Assembly (NCBI GenBank): GCA_028869355.1
Contig: JAGWSK010000360.1
Location: forward strand, 1 to 35,576
Length of the DNA: 35,576 nt
Source: Alphaproteobacteria bacterium
GTDB taxonomy: Bacteria; Pseudomonadota; Alphaproteobacteria; Micropepsales; Micropepsaceae
Direction: 5' to 3'
Below are positions 19,285-28,853 of this stretch, one piece after another (position 1 is the stretch's first letter; every line of letters starts with the position of its first letter). The notes beneath the pieces are model-generated. The model was given only the letters and a program-made list of their open reading frames with translations, did no database searches and was not told the DNA's origin. Position numbers and translations under genes: made by a program.

Positions 19285-19791
19285 ATGGCGTTAGTAGCTC
19301 ATACAGAGGCAGAGGTGGTCGACAGTCCGCTGGCGATCAAGCCGGGGTACCTTGAGGCGCTGTCGCTGGTCGAACGGCTTCACCGCCAGCTCCTTGATGT
19401 GATCAAGGACGAGCTCGAACGCCGTGGCGAGCTGGAGGTGAACAGCGTTCAGGCGCTGATGCTGTTCAATATCGGAGATCAGGAGCTGACGGCAGGCGAA
19501 CTGCGCACGCGCGGCCACTACCTCGGATCCAACGTCTCATATAACCTCAAAAAGCTGGTGGAGCTTGGCTATATCCACCACGAACGTTCGGACGCGGATC
19601 GTCGCGCGGTATGCATTCGGCTGGCGGACAAAGGGCAGGCGATTCGGCAGCTTGTGGCCAGCCTGTTCGATCGCCAACTGACGTCCTTGCGGCCGGTGGG
19701 AAATCTCGCGCCGGAGGATTTTCAGGCGATGAACCGTTCACTGCGCCGGCTGGAGCGTTTCTGGCTGGATCAGGTCCGTTACCGGCTGTAG
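19285..19791 (+). CDS. MarR-like winged-helix transcriptional regulator
   Basis: 168 aa, with GAGGAG Shine-Dalgarno before ATG 19285. wHTH region VNSVQALMLFNIGDQELTAGELRTRGHYLGSNVSYNLKKLVELGYIHHERSDADRRAVCIRL. Confidence 0.7.
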   Translation: MALVAHTEAEVVDSPLAIKPGYLEALSLVERLHRQLLDVIKDELERRGELEVNSVQALMLFNIGDQELTAGELRTRGHYLGSNVSYNLKKLVELGYIHHERSDADRRAVCIRLADKGQAIRQLVASLFDRQLTSLRPVGNLAPEDFQAMNRSLRRLERFWLDQVRYRL

Positions 19792-19923
19792 CCGAGAATC
19801 ACTCGCAACTGCTGGCGTCAGCCGGCGCAATTCAAGAATTTGTATGCGCATCAGCGCGCTATTGGGCTATGCTCCGCACCCACGGTCGTATAGAAACGCC
19901 TTCTGGGTGGGAGAGCAGAACCG

Positions 19924-21141
19924 ATGCCGGGCGCATACGGCCACATCTTCAAGGACAATATCGCCAAGCTAAAGCGTGAGGGACGCTATCGGATTTTTGC
20001 CGATATCCTTCGCCACCGCGGTGATTTTCCTGCGGCCGACCACCATACGTCCAACGGTGTTCGGAACATAACCGTCTGGTGCAGCAACGATTATCTTTGC
20101 ATGGGCCAGCACCCGGTGGTGACCGAGGCGATGAAGGCCGCGATCGACAGGGCGGGCGCGGGATCGGGCGGTACACGGAACATCTCGGGCACCCACCATT
20201 ATCATGTCGAACTGGAAAAGGAACTTGCGGCGCTGCACGGCAAGGAAGCCGGACTTTTGTTCACTTCCGGCTTCGTATCCAATGAAGCGACGCTTTCGAC
20301 TCTGGCGCGCCTGCTGCCGGGCTGCATCTTCTTCTCCGACGAATTGAACCATGCCTCGATGATCGAAGGTATGCGCCATTCGGGTGCCGAGAAGCGAATT
20401 TATCGGCATAACGACATGGCGCATCTCGAGGAGCTTCTGCGGGGGGCGCCGCCCAACGCGCCCAAGATCATCTGTTTCGAATCGGTCTATTCGATGGAAG
20501 GTGATTTCGGCCAGATCGGCAGGATTTGCGATCTTGCCGAAAAATTCGGCGCGATGACTTATCTCGACGAAGTGCACGGCGTCGGATTGTACGGCGACCA
20601 CGGGGGCGGTGTCGCCGAGCGCGACGGTCAGATGCACCGCGTCGACATCATCGAGGGCACGCTCGCCAAGGCGTTCGGCGTCATGGGTGGCTATATCACC
20701 GGGACCACGGCGATGGTGGACTGCGTCCGCTCCTTTGCTGCCGGGTTTATCTTTACGACTTCGATTCCACCGGCGATCGCCGCCGGCGCTCTGGCTGCGG
20801 TACGTCATTTGCGCGCCAGCAATGCCGAACGGCAGGGCTTGCACAGTCGCGCCGCGCGCGTGAAGCACCTCCTGGGGCAGCGCAACGTGCCGCTGCTCGA
20901 ATCCCCGAGCCATATCGTTCCCGTGCTGGTCGGTGACGCCGCACTGTGCCGGATCGTCTCGGACGAACTTCTGTACACCCACGGGATTTACGTGCAGCCG
21001 ATCAATTTCCCGACCGTCCCCAGGGGCACCGAACGGCTGCGCATTACGCCCTCGCCGATGCACACCGACGAGCAGATCGACCATCTGGTGGAATCGATCG
21101 ACACGGTTTGGACGGCGCTGCGCCTTCGCCGCGCCGCGTAG
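19924..21141 (+). CDS. hemA: 5-aminolevulinate synthase
   Basis: 405 aa. N-terminus ...[14 protein letters not shown]..., [13 protein letters not shown], and the PLP-lysine context GTLAKAFG. Alpha-oxoamine synthase fold. Confidence 0.93.
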   Translation: MPGAYGHIFKDNIAKLKREGRYRIFADILRHRGDFPAADHHTSNGVRNITVWCSNDYLCMGQHPVVTEAMKAAIDRAGAGSGGTRNISGTHHYHVELEKELAALHGKEAGLLFTSGFVSNEATLSTLARLLPGCIFFSDELNHASMIEGMRHSGAEKRIYRHNDMAHLEELLRGAPPNAPKIICFESVYSMEGDFGQIGRICDLAEKFGAMTYLDEVHGVGLYGDHGGGVAERDGQMHRVDIIEGTLAKAFGVMGGYITGTTAMVDCVRSFAAGFIFTTSIPPAIAAGALAAVRHLRASNAERQGLHSRAARVKHLLGQRNVPLLESPSHIVPVLVGDAALCRIVSDELLYTHGIYVQPINFPTVPRGTERLRITPSPMHTDEQIDHLVESIDTVWTALRLRRAA

Positions 21142-21288
21142 AGCTTTCAAACCTAAGCGCCGCTTCAGGGCCCCGAGGGCGTGAAGAAATCGCCGGAGGC
21201 GCCCGCATGCGGCGCCTTGCGCCGCAGCGAATTTGAAAAGAAGCGCCGCGAAGCGGTCGCGGGAGCCCGAGGGATGCGGCTGGCGAAA

Positions 21289-21762
21289 CTATCCTTTACG
21301 GCGACGACCGGAGGACGACGCGGTACGGCCGAGACCAATTTTCTTCGCGAATTCTGACCTTTGCGCGGCGTAATTGGGTGCAACCATGGGATAATCGGCT
21401 GGAAGGCTCCACTTGGACCGGTATTCCTCCGGGGTCATTCCGTAGTTTGAGCGTAAATAGCGCTTGAGCATCTTGAGCTTTTTGCCGTCTTCCAGGCAAA
21501 CGATAAAGTCAGGATTCACCGAGCGCTTTACCGGGATTGCCGGTTTCTGCGACAACTGTATTTCGCCGCTTAATCCGCCGCCGAGCCCGCCAAGGGTGCT
21601 GTGCACGCTTTTGATCATGGCGGGCACTTCTGACACCGGAATAGGATTGTTACTGACATAAGCGGCGACTATTTCTGTCGCGAGCTTGAGAATATCGTCG
21701 GATCTCACGCCGTTGCTTTCCGAATTCTGTGCCATTTCTGTAATTCCTGGAACGCTATTCAT
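21289..21762 (-). CDS. mucR: MucR/Ros family transcriptional regulator (non-canonical metal-ligand set)
   Basis: ATEIVAAYVSNNPIPVSEVPAMIKSVHSTL N-terminal block and C-terminal domain VCLEDGKKLKMLKRYLRSNYGMTPEEYRSKWSLPADYPMVAPNYAAQRSEFAKKIGLG. An alternative start is ATG 21735 (MAQNSES...). Confidence 0.88.
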   Translation of the reverse strand: MNSVPGITEMAQNSESNGVRSDDILKLATEIVAAYVSNNPIPVSEVPAMIKSVHSTLGGLGGGLSGEIQLSQKPAIPVKRSVNPDFIVCLEDGKKLKMLKRYLRSNYGMTPEEYRSKWSLPADYPMVAPNYAAQRSEFAKKIGLGRTASSSGRRRKG

Positions 21763-22153
21763 GTTCAGTCCTGTTGTAGTGCTTTTAGGCTGGTACTAAC
21801 CGCGGGATCAAGACCAAGAGCAGTCCAGTACACTGCTTGGCGCCTGTTGCAGGTGAAATAAACGTGAACAGCTGTGGAAGCGCAGGCCAAATGCAGACGA
21901 AGATTTTTTCTGAAAAAAAAACCTGCAAGGCCTCGCGGCTTTGGCGCGCGCGCACGAATATTATTCACTTGGGGGGTAAACGGCACGATTGAGCCGGTTT
22001 TCGGCAAACGCGACCAAATCAGGACTGTTCGTCGCAAGCCCAGGAATTCTGTGGGCGTGGTGCTACGAGTTGTCGTGACCGTCCCCAATATCTGGTAAAG
22101 GTGCGGCCCTTTTGACGCAATCGCATGCCCGCGTCGCCTATCGGGATTTGATC

Positions 22154-23437
22154 ATGGACAGGAGACTTGCCGGATTTTTTGCCGCCTCGCTGCGCGACAG
22201 CGACCCGGAGGTCGCGACCGCAATCGCGGACGAATTGCGCCGGCAACAGGAAAAGATCGAGTTGATCGCGTCCGAGAACATTGTCTCGCACGCGGTGCTG
22301 GAGGCGCAGGGCTCGGTTCTGACCAACAAATATGCCGAGGGCTATCCCGGGCGGCGCTATTACGGTGGCTGCGAATTCGTCGATGTCGCCGAGACGCTCG
22401 CCATCGATCGTGCCTGCAAGCTGTTCGAATGTTCCTTTGCCAATGTGCAGCCCCATTCGGGGGCTCAGGCAAATCAGGCGGTGTTCTTCGCCCTGCTGCA
22501 GCCGGGCGACACCTTCATGGGCCTGAACCTCGCCTCGGGTGGACATCTGACACACGGTTCACCAGTGAATCTGTCCGGCAAATGGTTCCGTCCGATTGCT
22601 TACAATGTCCGGCGAGACGACCACCGCATTGACATGGATGAGGTCGAGCGGCTGGCGCAGGAACACAAGCCGAAACTGATCGTGGCCGGCGGTTCGGCCT
22701 ATCCCCGGTTCATCGATTTTGCCCGGTTTCGTGCGATTGCCAACTCCGTGGGCGCCTTGTTCATGGTCGACATGGCGCATTTTGCCGGCCTCGTGGCAGG
22801 CAAGCAGCATCCCAATCCGCTCGATCATGCCCATGTGGTGACTGCGACGACGCACAAGACACTGCGTGGGCCGCGCGGCGGACTGGTGCTTTCGCGCGAC
22901 GCCGAGCTCGGCAAAAAAATCAATTCTGCCGTGTTTCCTGGATTGCAGGGGGGCCCGCTGATGCACGTCATTGCGGCCAAAGCGGTCGCCTTCGGCGAAG
23001 CACTCAAACCCGAATTCGAGACTTATGCGCGCGGAGTAGTCGATAATGCGAAAGTGTTGACGCAAACGCTGAGGTCACGTGGTCTCGATATCATCTCCGG
23101 CGGCACCGATACGCATGTCCTGCTGGTCGATTTGCGGCCCAAAAAGGTCACCGGACGCGCCGCCGAAAAGGCGCTCGATCGCGCCAACATCACCTGCAAC
23201 AAGAACGCCATTCCGTTCGATCCGGAAAAGCCAATGATTACGTCGGGAATCCGGCTGGGGTCGCCTGCCGGCACGACCCGCGGCTTCGGCGCCGAAGAAT
23301 TTCGCGCCATCGCCGGCTTGATTGTCGAAGTGGTCGATGGGGTCGCGGCGAAGGGGGAACAGGGCGATCCCGCGGTCGAAGAGACTGTCAGGCGCCGCGT
23401 GGTGGAATTGTGCCGCCGGTTTCCGATTTACAGCTGA
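22154..23437 (+). CDS. glyA: Serine hydroxymethyltransferase
   Basis: The N-terminus [35 protein letters not shown] aligns with SHMT from the ATG at 22154. PLP-lysine motif [16 protein letters not shown]. The ORF-track start at 22112 (TTG) adds 14 non-homologous residues. Confidence 0.93.
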   Translation: MDRRLAGFFAASLRDSDPEVATAIADELRRQQEKIELIASENIVSHAVLEAQGSVLTNKYAEGYPGRRYYGGCEFVDVAETLAIDRACKLFECSFANVQPHSGAQANQAVFFALLQPGDTFMGLNLASGGHLTHGSPVNLSGKWFRPIAYNVRRDDHRIDMDEVERLAQEHKPKLIVAGGSAYPRFIDFARFRAIANSVGALFMVDMAHFAGLVAGKQHPNPLDHAHVVTATTHKTLRGPRGGLVLSRDAELGKKINSAVFPGLQGGPLMHVIAAKAVAFGEALKPEFETYARGVVDNAKVLTQTLRSRGLDIISGGTDTHVLLVDLRPKKVTGRAAEKALDRANITCNKNAIPFDPEKPMITSGIRLGSPAGTTRGFGAEEFRAIAGLIVEVVDGVAAKGEQGDPAVEETVRRRVVELCRRFPIYS

Positions 23438-23459
23438 AGCAAGAAAGGTTGCTTTTCTG

Positions 23460-23924
23460 ATGCGTTGCCCGTTCTGCGGACATGATGACACCCAGGTGAA
23501 GGACAGCCGGCCGTCGGACGACAATGCCGCGATCCGGCGCCGGCGCCTGTGTCCGGCTTGCGGTGGGCGCTTCACGACATTCGAACGCGTTCAGTTGCGC
23601 GAACTCATTGTGATCAAGAAGGCGGGCCGCCGCGAAGTTTTTGACCGCGAAAAACTCGAACGCGCCATTCACCACGCGTTGCGCAAACGGCCGGTCGAAC
23701 CCGACCGCGTCGAGCGCATGATCACCGGGATTGTCCGCCGGCTGGAAAGTTTTGGCGAAAATGAAATTCCTTCGAACGTGATCGGTGAGCTGGTGATGCA
23801 GGCGCTGTCTTCACTCGACAAGGTCGCGTATATCCGCTTTGCCTCCGTCTATAAGAATTTTCGCGAAGCGAAGGATTTCGAGACCTTTGTCGGTGAACTT
23901 TCGACCGGCGCCGATCAGGATTGA
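23460..23924 (+). CDS. nrdR: Transcriptional repressor NrdR
   Basis: [18 protein letters not shown]...[14 protein letters not shown] zinc ribbon plus an ATP-cone domain. ATG at 23460; the ORF-track extension back to 23322 lies inside glyA. Confidence 0.93.
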   Translation: MRCPFCGHDDTQVKDSRPSDDNAAIRRRRLCPACGGRFTTFERVQLRELIVIKKAGRREVFDREKLERAIHHALRKRPVEPDRVERMITGIVRRLESFGENEIPSNVIGELVMQALSSLDKVAYIRFASVYKNFREAKDFETFVGELSTGADQD

Positions 23925-25021
23925 GCACAGCCCGATCCGATGATGTTGCCCATATGCGCCATGCGCTGCGGCTGGCGGAACGCGCGCTGGGCAGCACCGC
24001 GCCCAATCCCGCGGTTGGTTGTGTCATTGTCCGGGACGACCGGTTGGTGGGCCGCGGCTGGACTCAGCGCGGGGGCCGGCCGCACGCGGAAGCAGTTGCG
24101 CTGGCGCAGGCGCGCAGTGCGGCGTTTGGTGCCACGGCCTATGTCACGCTCGAGCCCTGCGCGCATCATGGGCAAACGCCACCCTGCGCCAATGCGCTTG
24201 CAGAGGCGCAAGTGGCGCGCGTCGTGGCGGCAATGATGGATCCCGATCCGCGTGTTGCCGGTGCGGGATTTGCGCATCTCGATCAGCGCGGGATCGCAGT
24301 CACACGCGGCGTTCTGGAAGCTGATGCCCAGGCGCTGAACGCTGGATTCGTCCGGCGGGTGACGGCGTCGCGCCCGCTGGTCGCGCTGAAAATCGCGCAG
24401 ACTCTGGACGGGCGTGTTGCCGATCCAAATGGCAACAGCCGCTGGATCACCTCCGCGGAAGCGCGCCGGCATGGGCATTTGTTGCGCACACATTATGACG
24501 CGATCATGATCGGGATCGGGACCGTGCTGGCGGATGATCCATTGTTGACGTGCCGCCTGCCTGGCCTTGAACGGCGATCTCCCATACGTGTGGTTCTCGA
24601 TTCGAAGCTGCGATTGCCGCCGGATTCGCAACTGGTGAGGACCGCGCAGGAATGCCCCGTGATGGTGTTCACCCGGGACCAAATCGGCGGTGGTGAATTG
24701 GCCGCCAAGGGGGTGGCAATTGAGCGCGTCCGGCAGGTGGAAAACGGTATCCCTGCGATTGCTACCGTTCTGGAGGCGCTTGCCCGACACGGAATCACGC
24801 GGCTCCTGGTCGAAGGTGGCCCACGCCTGCTGGCTTCAATCGTCAAATCGGGCTTTGCCGATCTGCTGCATCTGTACCGCGCTCCGATGTTCCTGGGCGC
24901 TGCGGGCAAGCCTGCGATCGGGCATGCATGGCAATCCGACCTCATTTCGGCGCCGCGTCTGCGCCTGCTGGAAACGACAATGCTGGGACCGGATCTGCTC
25001 GAAACGTTTTCTTTCTCGTAA
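23921..25021 (+). CDS. ribD: Bifunctional diaminohydroxyphosphoribosylaminopyrimidine deaminase / 5-amino-6-(5-phosphoribosylamino)uracil reductase
   Basis: Deaminase zinc motifs [10 protein letters not shown] and [13 protein letters not shown], plus a C-terminal reductase domain. The start is uncertain: TTG 23921 overlaps the nrdR TGA, with ATG 23954 as the alternative. Confidence 0.9.
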   Translation: MSTARSDDVAHMRHALRLAERALGSTAPNPAVGCVIVRDDRLVGRGWTQRGGRPHAEAVALAQARSAAFGATAYVTLEPCAHHGQTPPCANALAEAQVARVVAAMMDPDPRVAGAGFAHLDQRGIAVTRGVLEADAQALNAGFVRRVTASRPLVALKIAQTLDGRVADPNGNSRWITSAEARRHGHLLRTHYDAIMIGIGTVLADDPLLTCRLPGLERRSPIRVVLDSKLRLPPDSQLVRTAQECPVMVFTRDQIGGGELAAKGVAIERVRQVENGIPAIATVLEALARHGITRLLVEGGPRLLASIVKSGFADLLHLYRAPMFLGAAGKPAIGHAWQSDLISAPRLRLLETTMLGPDLLETFSFS

Positions 25022-25105
25022 CTATGGCGGCGGGTCTCCGTCAGACGCCTTCGCCGGCCAACGAGAAGCGTTCCCTCCGTCCTAAGTCTGCTCTACAACC
25101 CGGAT

Positions 25106-25699
25106 ATGTTTACCGGGTTGGTCAGCGATGTCGGTGAGTTGCGCAAAATCGAAAAGCGCGGCGATACGCAGTTCACGATTGCAACACATTACGACGTTGA
25201 CGCCATCGACATCGGTGCCTCGATTGCCTGCTCAGGGATCTGTCTCACCGTAATCGCCAAGGGGAATCCGAATGACCGCTGGTTTGCAGTCAGCGCGTCC
25301 GGCGAAACCACCGGCCGCACAACGATAGGCGAGTGGCAGATGGGGCGGCACATCAATCTGGAGCGCCCGCTCCGCCTGGGTGATGAGCTCGGCGGCCATA
25401 TCGTCGCCGGCCATGTGGATGGCGTGGCAAAAATCATTGCGATCCACCAGGAAGGTGATTCGAAGCGAATGATGGTTGAGATTCCGGCCGCGCTTGCGCG
25501 CTTCGTGGCGCCGAAAGGTTCGGTTGCGCTCGACGGGGTTTCGCTGACCGTCAATGAAGTGGATGGCGCGCGCTTTACCATCAATGTCATTCCGCACACG
25601 CTCGGGGCAACCACTCTGGGCGAAGCAGCCGATGGAACGCGGCTGAATTTCGAGGCCGATCTTCTCGCCCGTTACGTTTCGCGTCTGATCCGGCCATGA
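25106..25699 (+). CDS. ribE: Riboflavin synthase (alpha chain)
   Basis: 197 aa starting MFTGLVSDVGEL, with two lumazine-binding repeats (GASIACSGICLTV / GSVALDGVSLTV). Confidence 0.9.
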   Translation: MFTGLVSDVGELRKIEKRGDTQFTIATHYDVDAIDIGASIACSGICLTVIAKGNPNDRWFAVSASGETTGRTTIGEWQMGRHINLERPLRLGDELGGHIVAGHVDGVAKIIAIHQEGDSKRMMVEIPAALARFVAPKGSVALDGVSLTVNEVDGARFTINVIPHTLGATTLGEAADGTRLNFEADLLARYVSRLIRP

Positions 25700-26820
25700 A
25701 CGTTTTTCACGATTACATTTCCGATCTTCCCGACGTTATCGAGGACGCGCGAAACGGCCGCATGTTCATCCTTGTCGATGCCGAGGATCGCGAAAACGAA
25801 GGCGATCTCGTCATCCCGGCGCAGATGTGCACGCCGCAGGCGATCAACTTCATGGCGCGATTCGGACGTGGGCTGATTTGTCTGGCGTTGACCCAGGAAC
25901 GTGCGAGTCAGCTGAAGCTGCCGATGATGGCGGCGGAGAATCGCACCCGGAACCAGACTGCATTCACGGTGTCGATCGAAGCGAGGGAGGGCGTTTCGAC
26001 CGGCATCTCCGCACATGATCGTGCGCATACGATTGCCGTCGCGATCGATCCGACGAAAGGTCCGGACGATATTGTCATGCCGGGCCATGTGTTCCCGCTC
26101 GTCGCCCGTCATGGTGGCGTGCTGGTTCGCGCCGGGCACACCGAAGCCGCAGTCGATATCGCGCGCCTCGCCGGACTGTATCCCGCAGGCGTGATCTGCG
26201 AGATTTTAAATGACGATGGCACGATGGCCCGTTTGCCGGACCTGGTGAAGTTTGCCCAACTGCACGGACTGAAAGTCGGCACCATCGCCGACCTGATTTC
26301 CTACCGGCGGAAATACGATCATTTCGTCAAGCGAATCAAGGAAATGGATTTTGAAAGCCGGAATGGCGGCCATTTTCGCCTGATGATCTATCTCAACACG
26401 ATCGAAAACCAGGAACATGTCGCTCTCGTCAAGGGGGACATTTCCGGACCCGATCCCACGCTCGTCCGCATGCACGCCTACAATCTGTTCGACGATACGC
26501 TGGCCGCCAAATGGGGCCCGGGCGACATTTTCGGCGAATCCATGCGCATGATCGGCAAAGCGGGCAGGGGCGTGATCGTGCTGATTCGGCGCCATCGTAT
26601 TGCACCCGTCGCCGAAGTTCTCGCGCAATCGACCCGGACCATGCCGGACATCGAACAGAGTCGGCTGAAGGAATACGGCGTCGGCGCTCAGATTCTGCTC
26701 GACCTTGGGGTCGAGAACATGATTCTTCTCAGCAATTCGCAACGTCGACCGGTTGCGCTCGAAGGTTACGGGCTGAAGATTCATGAAACGCGGCCCGTAG
26801 TTCCCGGCACGGTGACGTGA
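25696..26820 (+). CDS. ribB: 3,4-dihydroxy-2-butanone-4-phosphate synthase fused to a degenerate GTP cyclohydrolase II-like domain (RibBX type)
   Basis: The N-terminal DHBPS domain is intact ([16 protein letters not shown]...[16 protein letters not shown]). The C-terminal RibA-like domain lacks the zinc cysteines ([11 protein letters not shown]...AKWGPGD). ATG overlaps the ribE TGA (ATGA). Confidence 0.9.
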   Translation: MNVFHDYISDLPDVIEDARNGRMFILVDAEDRENEGDLVIPAQMCTPQAINFMARFGRGLICLALTQERASQLKLPMMAAENRTRNQTAFTVSIEAREGVSTGISAHDRAHTIAVAIDPTKGPDDIVMPGHVFPLVARHGGVLVRAGHTEAAVDIARLAGLYPAGVICEILNDDGTMARLPDLVKFAQLHGLKVGTIADLISYRRKYDHFVKRIKEMDFESRNGGHFRLMIYLNTIENQEHVALVKGDISGPDPTLVRMHAYNLFDDTLAAKWGPGDIFGESMRMIGKAGRGVIVLIRRHRIAPVAEVLAQSTRTMPDIEQSRLKEYGVGAQILLDLGVENMILLSNSQRRPVALEGYGLKIHETRPVVPGTVT

Positions 26821-27242
26821 TGCGCGTTCTTGTCGTTGAAGCGCGTTTCTATCCGGACATTTCGGATGCTCTGTACGAGGGCGCCATGAAAGTGCTGACC
26901 GGCGCAGGCGTTACCACGGAACGCGTCGCGGTTCCCGGAGCGCTCGAGATTCCCGGCGCGATCCGCCAGGCCGCCAGCCGATATGACGGATTTGTCGCGC
27001 TCGGTTGTGTCATTCGCGGCGAAACCCATCATTTCGAAATCGTGTCCAATGAATCCGCACGGGGCCTCATGGATTTGACGGTTCGCGACGGTCTGTGCAT
27101 CGGCAACGGCATACTCACCGTAGAAAGCGAAGAGCAGGCGTTGGTCCGCGCCGCACCTGACCGCGGCAACAAGGGCGGAGATGCGGCAAACGCCTGCCTT
27201 GCCCTGGTTCAACTCAAATCGCGAATTGCGCCGGCGCAATGA
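26820..27242 (+). CDS. ribH: 6,7-dimethyl-8-ribityllumazine synthase
   Basis: About 140 aa with [10 protein letters not shown] and [14 protein letters not shown] motifs. ATG 26820 overlaps the ribB TGA; GTG 26817 is also possible. Confidence 0.9.
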   Translation: MRVLVVEARFYPDISDALYEGAMKVLTGAGVTTERVAVPGALEIPGAIRQAASRYDGFVALGCVIRGETHHFEIVSNESARGLMDLTVRDGLCIGNGILTVESEEQALVRAAPDRGNKGGDAANACLALVQLKSRIAPAQ

Positions 27243-27721
27243 CGTCGCCGCATGAAGAGCGCAGTGCTGCCCGGCTTGCCGCATTGCAGGCGCTTTATCA
27301 ACTGGAAATGACCGGCAATGCACCGGACGAGGTGATTCAGGAATTCATTGAACATCGCTTCGGAAGGGAGCCGGAAATTGCGGCGGCGCATGACGAAGCA
27401 TTCTTCGCCGATGTGGTACACGGCGTGCTTCGCCATCAGATCGAAATCGACCGTTCGATTGCCCGTTCACTTGCATCGGGCTGGACGCTGGCGCGCATCG
27501 ATTCGATTCTGCGGGCATTGCTGCGTGCGGGGACCTATGAATTGGTCGCCCGCCGGGATGTTCCGGCGAAAGTCGTGATAGATGAATATGTCGAACTCGC
27601 CCGCGATTTTTTCGAAGGAGATGAGGCCGGCTTTGTGAATGCCGTGCTGGACCGGCTGGCACATCGCAAGCGCGCGACGGAATTCGGCGAGGCCCCGCCA
27701 GATGACGAACTCCAGTTCTGA
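27239..27721 (+). CDS. nusB: Transcription antitermination factor NusB
   Basis: 160 aa with [17 protein letters not shown]...ILRAGTYEL...[14 protein letters not shown] overlaps the ribH TGA. Confidence 0.9.
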   Translation: MTSPHEERSAARLAALQALYQLEMTGNAPDEVIQEFIEHRFGREPEIAAAHDEAFFADVVHGVLRHQIEIDRSIARSLASGWTLARIDSILRALLRAGTYELVARRDVPAKVVIDEYVELARDFFEGDEAGFVNAVLDRLAHRKRATEFGEAPPDDELQF

Positions 27722-28703
27722 TCGGCCGCGGCGGCCCGGCGAATTCGAACTGATCGCCAGATATTTTGCGCCGCTCGCAGCCGGTTCGCCCGGCGCTGTT
27801 GGGCTGACCGATGATGCGGGCTTTGTCGGACTTCCGGCGGGTCAGGAAATGGTCGTCACAACAGATGCGGTGATCGAGGGCGTACATTTTCGCCGTGCCG
27901 ATCCGGTGGAAAAGATCGGCGCCAAAGCTTTGCGGGTTAATCTGTCCGATCTCGCGGCCAAGGGCGCCGACCCTGTGGGCTACTTGATGGTGCTTTGTCT
28001 GCCGGCGTGGACGGACGAAAGCTGGATCAGGCAATTTGTTCAGGGGTTGGCGAAGGATCAGGAACTCTTCCAGGTCACGCTGCTGGGCGGCGACACGACG
28101 GCCATTTCGGGTCCTCTGGTCATCAGCATCACCGCGCTGGGCGCGATTCCGGTGGGGGCGGCCATCCATCGTCATGGTGCAAAACCGGGCGATCTCGTCT
28201 TTGTCTCCGGCACGGTCGGGGATGCAGCATGCGGACTTTCACTGCTGCAGGCGGAGAATCCGGCCTTGGGTGCGTCAGAGTCGACACTGATTGAACGATA
28301 TCTATTGCCCGAACCACGGCTTTCGCTTGGGCGCCGCCTTCGCGGCGTTGCCACGGCTGCGCTCGACGTCTCAGACGGGCTGTTGGCAGATTTGAATCAC
28401 ATTGCCGAGGTTTCGCGCGTCCGGATCACAGTCGAAGCGCCACGGCTGCCGCTTTCCGCAGGATATATCCGCCAAAATGGCGGCCATATCGGTGCGCGGG
28501 CACACGCGGCCACGGCCGGCGATGATTATGAGATTGCCTTCACGGCGCCCCCGGAGGACCGCGAAACCATCGCGCGCCTCGCCGCCGAAACCGGCATCGC
28601 AATCAGCGAAATCGGGCGAGTCGAGACTGGCATGGGTGTGCTGCTGATCGATGCGAAGGGGCAACCCGTCCCGGTCGAGCGGCTGGGTTACGTGCATTTT
28701 TAA
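27702..28703 (+). CDS. thiL: Thiamine-monophosphate kinase
   Basis: GEFELIARYFAPL, TTDAVIEGVHF, LLGGDTT and DVSDGLLADL (AIR-synthase-like fold). ATG 27702 overlaps the nusB 3' end by 20 nt. Confidence 0.88.
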   Translation: MTNSSSDRPRRPGEFELIARYFAPLAAGSPGAVGLTDDAGFVGLPAGQEMVVTTDAVIEGVHFRRADPVEKIGAKALRVNLSDLAAKGADPVGYLMVLCLPAWTDESWIRQFVQGLAKDQELFQVTLLGGDTTAISGPLVISITALGAIPVGAAIHRHGAKPGDLVFVSGTVGDAACGLSLLQAENPALGASESTLIERYLLPEPRLSLGRRLRGVATAALDVSDGLLADLNHIAEVSRVRITVEAPRLPLSAGYIRQNGGHIGARAHAATAGDDYEIAFTAPPEDRETIARLAAETGIAISEIGRVETGMGVLLIDAKGQPVPVERLGYVHF

Positions 28704-28853
28704 CGCAGCTTTTGACATATGCGCATAGTTGAACGGCACGCGTGACTTTGGCATGTTCGCGCCGCTTCGTGGCCCGGCGGAAAGGGGATTCCGCCAGTTC
28801 TGCCGCGGGGCGGTTTGTTTCTCCACATTCTGTCTTTCAGAGTAGGACCAAAA

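Noticed and set aside
19838-19856. FNR/FixK-like box or shared palindrome ATGCGCAT upstream of hemA (19844-19851), also found upstream of hppA as TATGCGCATA (28718-28727)
   Set aside because: It matches only about 7 of 10 positions of TTGAT-N4-ATCAA. The same 8-mer also occurs inside coding regions (19036-19043, 26542-26549). Short shared k-mers of this length are expected many times by chance in 35 kb.
19969-21150. 393-aa ORF antisense to hemA
   Set aside because: The sense strand encodes an unmistakable ALA synthase. The antisense product is Arg/Gly-rich with no motif and is a GC-skew artefact.
21891-21992. 33-codon basic small ORF (MQTKIFSEKKTCKAS...) in the mucR-glyA spacer
   Set aside because: It has no ribosome-binding site, its composition is driven by the A/T tract, and I cannot assess its conservation. 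It is most likely non-coding.
22040-22153. Possible ZTP (pfl) or other folate/one-carbon riboswitch upstream of glyA (GUCGUGACC and CGCCUAUCGGG resemble pieces of the ZTP consensus)
   Set aside because: Only fragments match. I cannot find the CCGCCUGGGC-type 3' element or the pairing pseudoknot partner. A covariance-model scan (Rfam RF01750) would be decisive; I expect no hit.
25022-25105. Looked for FMN (RFN) and TPP riboswitches around the rib and thiL genes
   Set aside because: The spacers are too short (84 nt before ribE, with overlaps elsewhere) and lack the conserved RFN or THI-box cores. The cluster appears to be transcribed from glyA/nrdR.
28801-28821. Terminator-like hairpin GCCGC-GGG-GCGGU followed by UUGUUUCU, downstream of thiL and upstream of hppA
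   Set aside because: The stem has only 4-5 bp with a 3-nt loop, and the U run is interrupted. This is too weak to call and could equally be part of the hppA leader.
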